This document shows, in pieces, positions 38,622 to 47,400 of a stretch of DNA of 64,000 bases; within the stretch, counting starts at the first letter, position 1; each line of letters starts with the position of its first letter. The stretch is from the NCBI RefSeq assembly GCF_034113385.1, contig NZ_JAXEXL010000014.1, forward strand, positions 42,247 to 106,246. Reading direction: 5' to 3'. The DNA is from Atopobium sp. (GTDB lineage Bacteria > Actinomycetota > Coriobacteriia > Coriobacteriales > Atopobiaceae). The notes under the pieces were generated by a model. That model made no database searches, was not told the DNA's origin, and saw only the letters and a program-made list of their open reading frames with translations. A program made the translations under genes and the position numbers.

Positions 38622-39350
38622 ATGAAAGCGCGGATTTTATTAGTAGAAGATGATACGGACATTGTGCGCTCGCTTTCTGAGCTGTTAGCAAGCGAAGGTG
38701 CAGCCGTGGTGTGCTGCGACACACAAGATGCAGCAATTGCATACGCTACCGCTTCACACGCACACAACACCACCGACAAACCCAATGAGGCTGCACCATT
38801 TGACATTGTGCTCATGGACATCAGCCTGGCACAAGGCAATGGATTTGCCGCCTGCTCCGCCATTAAGGCTGCCCAACCCAACCTGCCGGTCGTGTTTTTG
38901 ACTGCATCAGGTGATGAATTTAACACTGTGACGGGTTTCTCAATGGGAGCCGATGACTACATTGCAAAGCCGTTTAGGCCACGCGAGCTCATGGCGCGCA
39001 TCGCTGCAATTTTGCGCAGGCAACGCCCTGCGGCAGAGTCACTGCTTAAAACGGGTGACATAGTTATTGATGTCATACGTGCACGCGTCACCAAAGCGGG
39101 TGTAGAAATTGATCTTTCTGCCATTGAGTATCGCCTGCTCTTGGTGCTAGCAGCACATCCAGGAACATTAATAACACGCGACGCATTGCGTGAGGCGCTT
39201 TGGGATGATGCAGGTGCATACGTGGGCGACAATACGATTTCTGTATATATCAAGCGACTGCGTCAAAAATTGGAAGATGACCCCGTAGAACCTCGCATTA
39301 TTGTAACGGTGCGCGGACGCGGATATAAGGCAGCTGAAGCATGGAACTAA
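38622..39350 (+). CDS. OmpR/PhoB-family response regulator
   Basis: The receiver domain has ILLVEDD, VLMDISL and KPF. The winged-helix domain reads LSAIEYRLLLVLAAHPG...ISVYIKRLRQKL...VRGRGYK. The MKARILL start at 38622 is preferred. Confidence 0.9.
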   Translation: MKARILLVEDDTDIVRSLSELLASEGAAVVCCDTQDAAIAYATASHAHNTTDKPNEAAPFDIVLMDISLAQGNGFAACSAIKAAQPNLPVVFLTASGDEFNTVTGFSMGADDYIAKPFRPRELMARIAAILRRQRPAAESLLKTGDIVIDVIRARVTKAGVEIDLSAIEYRLLLVLAAHPGTLITRDALREALWDDAGAYVGDNTISVYIKRLRQKLEDDPVEPRIIVTVRGRGYKAAEAWN

Positions 39351-40390
39351 TACTGTATAACAAGCATGTACGTGTAGAGCTGGCATGTTTATTGCTTGTT
39401 GGATTGCTTTGCACGGGTATTACCACCACTGTAGCTAACGAGAAAAGCGCAGTTATTGTAGGCGTTATGGCACTGGTGCTTATTTGCGTGCATATGGGAT
39501 GTATACTCTGGCGCACCAAACAGATTGCCAAACTTACTCAGCGCATAGATGATGCATTACATGCAGATACTCCTCTTTCCTTTGCAGACATGCATGAAGG
39601 TGAGTTAGCACTTCTCGCCAACCAAATTGATAAGACCTTTGGCAAGCTTGTAAGCTTAAATACCCAGCTCAAGGCCGAGCAGCGGTCTTTGGCAGACTCC
39701 CTTGCAGACATTAGCCATCAGCTGCGTACACCCATGACAAGCTTGGGTTTAGAACTGGAACTTATTCGTAAACACACAACAGACCCCGAGGTAGTGCGCC
39801 GCTTACGCCATGGCGAGCGCCTCATCGACCGCATGTGCTGGCTCATAGAAACCTTGCTTCGCTTGGCGCGCATTGATGCTGGAACCATTCATCTAGAACA
39901 AAAAGAGGTGCAGGTAGCGGGGCTTATATGTGATGCACTGCGACCGCTAGAAGTTACGCTTGATTTGGCGGATATTACGGTAGACCAACAGATTGATGCG
40001 CACATCAGTTTTAAAGGTGACTCAGCTTGGTCTTGTGAAGCCTTGCAAAATGTACTTAAGAATTGCCTTGAACACACGCCTGCTGGTGGCACCATTACCG
40101 TACATGCCAGCGAAGATACCTTAGCCTGCCGCATTGTTATTACCGATACAGGCAGTGGTTTTAATGAGCAAGAGCTCCCCCACATTTTTGAACGCTTTTA
40201 TCGCGGAACCTCTTTGGTGGATACAGCAAGTTCACCTGTTAATCCCACAGGAGTTGGCATTGGGCTTTCTTTGGCGCAGGCTCTGATTTATGCTCAGGGT
40301 GGCCGCATTCGCGCGCTCAACAAAAAGGACGCAAACGGCCAGGTTATCGGCGCCTGCTTTGAGATTGCCTTTTACAAAGCCACAGTCTAG
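39341..40390 (+). CDS. Intramembrane-sensing (BceS-like) histidine kinase
   Basis: Two N-terminal TM helices are joined by a loop of about 10 aa. The H-box is ISHQLRTPMTS, the N-box is VLKNCLEHTP, and the G-boxes are DTGSGF and GVGIGLS. The gene overlaps the RR stop by 10 nt. Confidence 0.88.
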   Translation: MELILYNKHVRVELACLLLVGLLCTGITTTVANEKSAVIVGVMALVLICVHMGCILWRTKQIAKLTQRIDDALHADTPLSFADMHEGELALLANQIDKTFGKLVSLNTQLKAEQRSLADSLADISHQLRTPMTSLGLELELIRKHTTDPEVVRRLRHGERLIDRMCWLIETLLRLARIDAGTIHLEQKEVQVAGLICDALRPLEVTLDLADITVDQQIDAHISFKGDSAWSCEALQNVLKNCLEHTPAGGTITVHASEDTLACRIVITDTGSGFNEQELPHIFERFYRGTSLVDTASSPVNPTGVGIGLSLAQALIYAQGGRIRALNKKDANGQVIGACFEIAFYKATV

Positions 40391-40506
40391 TTAGCTCCTT
40401 GGGCTATGGAGCACATGCGTGCTTTGCGTGCGCGCTTCCTTAAACAGCAGACTGAACGCTCAAACTGCCGAGCTCCAACAAGCTAAGCTCCAGCAAGCAC
40501 AGCACA

Positions 40507-40544
40507 ATGACAAAACTGTCATCTAACTGTCACAGAATTGACAG
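40507..40544 (+). promoter_or_regulatory. Two adjacent inverted repeats upstream of the ABC ATPase, a candidate response-regulator operator
   Basis: ATGACA-AAAC-TGTCAT (40507-40522) and CTGTCA-CAGAAT-TGACAG (40527-40544) lie 50-90 bp upstream of the ATG at 40595. The first matches the half-site/N4/half-site architecture described for BceR-type binding sites. Confidence 0.45.
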
Positions 40545-40594
40545 GCTGGTTTGGCAGGATAGAACGTGACAATCCACCTGTCGAGGGAGGCATA

Positions 40595-41290
40595 ATGAGC
40601 TTTCTTATGGTTGAGCATTTAAGCAAGGTATATGGAACTGGCCAAGCTCAAACCACCGCACTCAATGACGTCAGTTTTGAGGTTGAGCGCGGCGAGTTTG
40701 TTGCCATTATTGGCAGCTCAGGTTCGGGCAAATCAACGTTAATGCATTTGCTAGGCGGTGTTGATCGCCCCACTTCAGGTACGGTACGCCTTAATGGCGA
40801 GAATATTTATGCCCGTAATGACGAGCAGTTGGCCATCTTCCGTCGTCGTGAAGTAGGCTTGGTGTATCAGTTTTACAATCTGATTCCCGTACTAACCGCA
40901 CAAGAAAACATGACCTTGCCGGTACGTTTGGATGGTCGCACCGTAAATGACGAGCGGCTTAAAACCCTCCTCTATGCCCTTAACCTGAACGGGTATGAAA
41001 ACCATCTGCCCAATCAACTCTCTGGTGGCCAGCAACAACGTGTTGCCATTGGTCGCGCCCTTATGAATGAACCAGCTATTGTGTTGGCAGACGAACCCAC
41101 CGGTAACTTAGATAGCAAAAACTCTGCCGAGATTATGCAGCTTCTTCGAGCAAGCAATAAAAATCTTAAGCAGACGCTCATTGTTATTACGCATGATGAG
41201 GATGTAGCTCTTATGGCCTCACGCGTGATCGCCATTGAAGACGGACGCATTGTTTCTGACGAGCGCCGCAATGCCCCTCGTTCTTTGTAG
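40595..41290 (+). CDS. MacB/BceA-type ABC transporter ATP-binding protein
   Basis: Walker A is GSSGSGKST, the signature is LSGGQQQRVAIGRAL and Walker B is IVLADEPTGNLD. The MSFLMVEHLSKVYG start is preferred. Confidence 0.9.
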   Translation: MSFLMVEHLSKVYGTGQAQTTALNDVSFEVERGEFVAIIGSSGSGKSTLMHLLGGVDRPTSGTVRLNGENIYARNDEQLAIFRRREVGLVYQFYNLIPVLTAQENMTLPVRLDGRTVNDERLKTLLYALNLNGYENHLPNQLSGGQQQRVAIGRALMNEPAIVLADEPTGNLDSKNSAEIMQLLRASNKNLKQTLIVITHDEDVALMASRVIAIEDGRIVSDERRNAPRSL

Positions 41291-41302
41291 GTGGTGATAC
41301 CC

Positions 41303-44281
41303 ATGAAGAACTCTATTTTGCTTAATTTTACCAAGCGCTCGCTGAGCGCCAATAAAACCCGTACGGCAGTTTCCATCATTGGTGTGTTGCTGTCAACGGC
41401 ACTCATTTGTGCAGTATTTACCACAGTAACCAGCATTCACGCAGCCATGCTCAAGCGCACTATTGCCACCGAGGGCTCATGGAGTGCTATGGCACAACAT
41501 GTGGACCCCAAAAAGGTTGACACGCTCGTAGCAAATGAGCACACCAAGGCTGCAGCAACCTCTACGGTGTTAGGAACAACACAACTTTCTGGTGATGCCT
41601 ACACCCGCTCCGATAATGGGACATTCCAGATCCGCACCCTTCCGCAGCAACTCAAAGGCACAGCAGATGCCGCAAACAGCCTCACCATTACACCGGCCAT
41701 CAAAACAGGAGCCTACCCCACCCAAACCAACGAGCTGGCACTCCCCGAGCGCTATCGCGACGTCCACTTTACCGATGCCAATCTTTGGTCTGACGAGAAA
41801 ATCACCGTAGGCAGCACCATTCATGTAAACCTCTCAGATAGCACGTCCAACGCTGATAATACAGCTGGCGATACAGCCACCAACACACAAATCCACAGCT
41901 ACACCGTAAGCGGCTTTTATGAGACGGCAATTCCTTTTTACGGTAACTCACTGATTGCTTCAGATAACCAGCTCGTAGCCCTTGCTTCCTCTAATTCTGC
42001 CAATTACACCACAAAAGGTCGTGGTATGGCATGGTTTGAGCTGACGGGTTTCTCAACACAAGATGAACTGACTAGCTTTGTAGAAAGCACGCTGGGCACC
42101 ACCAATACCGACTCCGCTGACGATGCCGCTGATGGTACAAGCCATGATGCGCATACAGACACTGCCGACATAACACGCACGATTTTTCACACTAATTTGA
42201 TGAGGTATCAGGCCTTGCGCGGGCGCTCGGTAAACTGGGATGCACTCTGGAACTTTGGCCTCTTCCTAGCAGGCATTATTAGTGTGGCATCAATCGTGTT
42301 GATTTATAACTCATTTGCCATTTCTGTTGCAGAACGCACGCGTCAGTTTGGCTTGTTGTCTTCATTGGGCGCCTCCAAAAAGCAAATGCGCCGCTGTGTG
42401 TACGTAGAGTCTTTGCTTATTGGCATCATTGGCATCCCACTGGGCATTGCAGCTGGTATTTGCGGTGTTGCAGTCACCTTACAAGTGGCAAAACAGGGTT
42501 TTGCTGTACTGCTTAATTCCAGTGGCAGCGAGACCGTAACGTTGAGTGTAAGTGGTTTTGCTTTAGCACTTACCGTTGTCTTTGAATTGGCGGTACTTTT
42601 GATTGGCGCTGCTGTCCCAGCACTGCGAGCAGGTATGCAGTCTCCTATGAGCGCCATTCGTCAAACAGCCGACATTAAGATGAATAGGCGTCTGACCCGC
42701 AAAATCACATCCAAGACACGCTCTCTTTATGCGCGCTTTGCTGGTGTTGCCGGCACGCTCAGCTCCCGCAATCTCTCACGTTCCAGCTCACGTGGAACTA
42801 CTATTGTGGTCTCTCTTGCCATAAGCGTAACTCTTATTGTTATTACTGGTAGTTTTATACGCACGCTGTTGCCGCTTATTGAAGCGCAAAATAGCTATTC
42901 TGACGCAGACCTTGTAATTAATCTCTATTCCAACAAGAAACAAAGTGCCTTAGAGTCTGCCAAAACTCTTGAACGTATTGATAGCACCATCGCTGGCCTT
43001 ACGCGCCAAGAAAGCGACCTCACTTTCCAAGTGCCCGCTTCTATGGACGCAAGCTCACTCACAGACGCCATGCGCGCATACCTAACCAGCACTTCGTATA
43101 CCGATATCCCGCCTTCTGACTACAGCTATTACAACAAAGACAGCAACACGTTTGTAAGTGCTCTTTCTGTACATGTTCCCAGCCAAGCTACCTGGGATAA
43201 GCTCGCTCAAAAATACACCGTAGACAAGGCACAGGGTGCACTGGTTCTTAATAGCCTTGTTACGACAATTGACGAGAAAAGACAACTACTTGAACCGTTT
43301 AACGCATTGAACAACATGCATCTGTACACGTGGTCTAGCGACAATAGCCTCTATCTATTGCTTAATGCTGCCGGCCAAATTGTTGTACCTCTCTACCCTG
43401 ATGAGCAGCCCTCTGCTGGCAAAGATGGAACAGACCAAGCGCAAGCAACAAACTCTACTGCCACTGAACCCAGCTCTGCCGACGCTCATGCCACCGCTGA
43501 ACCCAACTATGTACCACTTGACTCTTTGGGAGACAAGATTACCAAGCATTCGATAACCAGCATCGCCCACGTTAAGAATCTCAAATCTGAGGCTCCCTAC
43601 CTAGCTCAGGAGTCCAGCAGCAATCTTGTTATGTACATGGCGCCAGAGCTTGCTCAAAAGATCATGGCCTCGAGCAATGAGTTCAAAAACCCCATAATAT
43701 ATGTGTATTACACGGCACAAAACTCTGCCAAAGCAACAGAAGCGCTCACTGACGCATTGAATGCAGCGGGGCTAAATAACGACGTCTATGAGGGCAGCTA
43801 TGAGATTTTTGATTTTAGTACGTACCGTCGCAATAACCAACTGGTTACCCAAACTATGCTGCTCTTTTTACTGCTCTTTACCGGCATTATGGTTCTTATT
43901 GCCATTGCAAACGTATTTAACACACTCTGCAACTCCATGATGCTACGCACGCGTGAATTTGCAGTCCTACGTTCTATTGGTATGGACGAGAAGCAATTTA
44001 ATCGCATGGTATTTTGCGAATGTCTGAGTTATGCGTTGCGTGGACTTGCTGTAGGAGCCGTAATTTCTATTGGTGCGTTTTGGCTCTTTTGGAAGTTTGT
44101 TCTCACAACAGCCGACCTTTCCTCCATGGGCACCAGTTTTACAACATTTAAGCTGCCGCTTTCCTCTTTGCTTGACGCATCTATTTGCGTGGTTGTGGTC
44201 TTGATTCTGAGTGTGATATATGCACTACGCAAGACACGTTCTACCAATGTAGTGGAAGTTTTGCGCAACGAAGTTATCTAA
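41303..44281 (+). CDS. Large double-FtsX-domain ABC transporter permease (BceB/MacB-like)
   Basis: About 992 aa. The two FtsX-type 4-TM bundles lie at about aa 300-450 and 870-990. Large extracytoplasmic regions occupy aa 30-300 and 520-860. The start is ATG at 41303 or GTG at 41291. Confidence 0.85.
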   Translation: MKNSILLNFTKRSLSANKTRTAVSIIGVLLSTALICAVFTTVTSIHAAMLKRTIATEGSWSAMAQHVDPKKVDTLVANEHTKAAATSTVLGTTQLSGDAYTRSDNGTFQIRTLPQQLKGTADAANSLTITPAIKTGAYPTQTNELALPERYRDVHFTDANLWSDEKITVGSTIHVNLSDSTSNADNTAGDTATNTQIHSYTVSGFYETAIPFYGNSLIASDNQLVALASSNSANYTTKGRGMAWFELTGFSTQDELTSFVESTLGTTNTDSADDAADGTSHDAHTDTADITRTIFHTNLMRYQALRGRSVNWDALWNFGLFLAGIISVASIVLIYNSFAISVAERTRQFGLLSSLGASKKQMRRCVYVESLLIGIIGIPLGIAAGICGVAVTLQVAKQGFAVLLNSSGSETVTLSVSGFALALTVVFELAVLLIGAAVPALRAGMQSPMSAIRQTADIKMNRRLTRKITSKTRSLYARFAGVAGTLSSRNLSRSSSRGTTIVVSLAISVTLIVITGSFIRTLLPLIEAQNSYSDADLVINLYSNKKQSALESAKTLERIDSTIAGLTRQESDLTFQVPASMDASSLTDAMRAYLTSTSYTDIPPSDYSYYNKDSNTFVSALSVHVPSQATWDKLAQKYTVDKAQGALVLNSLVTTIDEKRQLLEPFNALNNMHLYTWSSDNSLYLLLNAAGQIVVPLYPDEQPSAGKDGTDQAQATNSTATEPSSADAHATAEPNYVPLDSLGDKITKHSITSIAHVKNLKSEAPYLAQESSSNLVMYMAPELAQKIMASSNEFKNPIIYVYYTAQNSAKATEALTDALNAAGLNNDVYEGSYEIFDFSTYRRNNQLVTQTMLLFLLLFTGIMVLIAIANVFNTLCNSMMLRTREFAVLRSIGMDEKQFNRMVFCECLSYALRGLAVGAVISIGAFWLFWKFVLTTADLSSMGTSFTTFKLPLSSLLDASICVVVVLILSVIYALRKTRSTNVVEVLRNEVI

Positions 44282-44286
44282 ATCAT

Positions 44287-44311
44287 GAACCACCCTTTTG
44301 AAGGGTGGTTC
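44287..44311 (+). terminator. Hairpin immediately after the permease gene, with no T-tract
   Basis: GAACCACCCTT TTG AAGGGTGGTTC has perfect 11-bp arms and lies 6 nt after the stop. Confidence 0.5.
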
Positions 44312-44365
44312 AGTATGATGCACGCTGTGTGCGCATCACAGGCTTAGGCTCATAAGTCTCTAATC

Positions 44366-44401
44366 CGTCGTGTCATTATTAAAATTAATAATGACACGAC
44401 G
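44366..44401. repeat. 36-bp AT-rich near-perfect palindrome in the convergent intergenic region
   Basis: CGTCGTGTCATTATTAA AA TTAATAATGACACGACG has 17-bp arms. Confidence 0.8.
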
Positions 44402-44416
44402 CAACGCATAGATAAC

Positions 44417-44454
44417 AAAAAGCTCTCGAGAAGCGCAAACTTCTCGAGAGCTTT
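44417..44454 (-). terminator. Intrinsic terminator of the S8 protease gene (bidirectional hairpin)
   Basis: The minus strand reads AAAGCTCTCGAGAAG TTTGCG CTTCTCGAGAGCTTTTTGTT, 18 nt after the stop at 44472. Confidence 0.8.
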
Positions 44455-44471
44455 GTTGGTCTTTGTTGGCG

Positions 44472-47400
44472 TTACTTTTGCTTGTATGGGCCTTTGCGCG
44501 CTACAAAGGCGCTTCCAAGCGCTAGTGCTGCCACGAGTGCTACTCCAAGCATGGCTTGCCTGGAATGGCTATCTGCCGTATTTGGCAATGCCGTTGAAGC
44601 CTTTTTATGTAAACCGGTAACGCCAGACTGAGCTGTCTGGTTGCCACCCACCGTTCCATTGGGTTTCTCGACAGCACCACCATTGCCGGTACCAGAAGGC
44701 TGTTGCGCATCTGGATTTAGAGGCGTATCGGGTGTAGAGGGATTGTCAGGTGCAGGCGGCGTATCGGGCGCAGGCTTGTTGTCTGGCACAGGCAAAGCTA
44801 CTACGGGCGCAACCACCGCACGCATCATATACGAGCCCTTCTCGTCCGGATCGTACCAAGCGCCATTGGACATACGGTAGGAATGGCCAAGACCAGGCGT
44901 GGTTTCATCAACGCACATGCGAGGGCCGTGCTTCTCATCCCCTACTTGGGTGTACGCAATGACAAAGTCACCGCTTACCTGTACGGATTCTGGCAATACA
45001 ACTTCATTCCAACCCTGTGTTGGCTGTGCCGTTACCTCGTAAGGGCCAAACAATACCTTGCCAGGATATCCATCGGGCTGGTTTTTATCGTAAATGCTGA
45101 CCTTAAACTTTTGAGTATTTGGAGCAGCAGTATCCTGAGGCGCAAGGTACATACGAACGGACTTAATCTCGAGCGGCTGGTTGTTAGAAACAAGCACGCC
45201 AAGACTCTTACCATCCTTTACATCCGTAAGGTACGACTCAGCAGTACCGTCATCGTATGATAGGGTCCGTGTTTGAGCGTTATCTCCAGACGTATCGAGC
45301 AAAGCCAGTTTAATAGGCTCAAGTTGCAACTTTTGACCTTCTGCTACCGTAATGGTTTGCGTAGCAGTCTGATACCCCCGAGCAGAAACCACCACGCTAT
45401 AGCTGCCAGGATAGACCTTCTCTATTGTGGTGGATTGCGCAACAGTTGCTGCATATGACGCATCACCAACATGGTCACGATACAGCTTGACCTGCGCAGT
45501 AGGGATAGGCTTGTTGGAACTATCGGTTACCGTAAGAGAAACGGAGGCAAGCTTCACATCAGACAGCACAACATCTCGTACCGTGGTCGTGTCTTCCGTA
45601 AGCGTAACGGGAACTTCCTTGGTGCTATATCCGTTTGCTTCTACCACTGCCGTATAGGTCCCCGCAGGAGCGCGCAAGCTATACCAACCACTACCAGGCT
45701 CACTGGCTACCTTTATACCCAGTTCTTTGAGCGTAACCGTGCCCTCCACTGGAACAAGAGGCTTTTGCGTAGGAGCAAACGTCCCTGAGGTAGAAGTAAG
45801 CGCCAAAGCGGTATGCGTCTCATGTGCGGCTTCGGGAACTGCTGGTGCAGAAGACACGTCATCGCCAGCATCTTGTGTTGCAGCTGTTGCATGAGGAGTA
45901 ATCTTATTTTTGGCAGCAGTATCAAAGATAGACACATCATCAATGTACCAGCCACCTGCAGTAGGACCATCAAGTTCAGAGCCTGTAGAAAGCTCAAACT
46001 TCATCTTAAACGTGCTAGTCAAATACTTTTGAGGAATATCAAAGCCATCAAGGAACCAAAAACTCTTGAGGCGATTACGCCCGTTGATGTTCTTTCCTTC
46101 AACCGTTGTATTATCAAGGCTAAAGAGGTCTTCCCAGCTATTCCCATTATCTGCACTGATTAAAATCTTGCCGCGGTCATCATCGTAGACGCTCCACTCA
46201 TCAACACCCTTACGACCCGTTGTGTTGTACCACATTTGCATATACACACGAGCGCTTGTGAGCTTGGACAAATCCATAGTTGGCGAGACAAGCATGTAGG
46301 TTGCATTGGCTTTGCGGAAGGTATTAAGCTCGGTAGCCCATACATGGGGGCTGTTAGGATTCTTGCCTTTTGCCTGGTCAGGTGAAGGCATGGAGCCTAC
46401 CTTAGAATCAGGGAAGGGGTTGGGGCTATCTGGCGTACCATGTGTCCAAGCAGCGCCTTTTGCATCCGCTGGAGATGTCCACCCTTCATTGCCTTTCTCG
46501 AAGGTATAGCTCAAAACCCTAGTACCCTTAGTAAACGTTACCGACTTAACCTCGGACTTTGCGCTTTCACGCTCGCCAATCTGTGCAGTTGCACAGTAAT
46601 AGTAGGTACCCTCTTGTGGCACAGGTTCATCAAAAAGCCGAGCCGTATAGGTACCGGCTGTGCGCTTATCAATAGAGCTAACCTTTACAAAATCCCCTGT
46701 TGGAGAAGAAGAACGATACAAGTTGTACTGCGTAATTTTAGGATTGTCTAAAGGATCAAACTCATAAGATACGCGATAGTTATTCCTTACCTTGATGTCC
46801 ACATTGCTCGCAGGCGTTGCAGGCAACTCATTGGATGCTGCTTCAATGGCCAAATCATCAATGTACCAGCCAGCTTCCGTCCGCTCGCTAAACCCGCCAC
46901 CATGGCGCAAAGCAAACATCACAACTATCTTCTTGCCTTTGTAGGCAGAAAGATCAATATACTCATCTTTCCACTTGTTATGAGAAGAATACTTATATAA
47001 CTGCACATTCTTATAGTTGTACTTCTCGGCATCCGTCCCTTCGTTTTGGAGCTCGCCTACCCATACCTCAGCAGTATCGTTAAACGCGTAATCACCAACA
47101 CCAAGGTCATACCAGTGTTTAAAGTTCAACACGGCAGAACGCGATTCCTTACTCAAGTCAATAACTGGAGTAATGAGCAGGGCATCTTTAAGGCCTTTAT
47201 ACGTACCATCAAGCTTAGTTGCTACCAGTTTAGAGCCAGAAGCCGCAGACTTGGGGCCAGATTGAGGTATACCCCACTCCCACAAAGGCGTCTTGCCACC
47301 AAACTCAAAACCATCTACTTCTTCCTCAAAGTTATTCTTATAGCCAATACCAATGCCATCTTTAACAACGCAAGAAGCAGCAGTTGTTTTACTAGATTTA

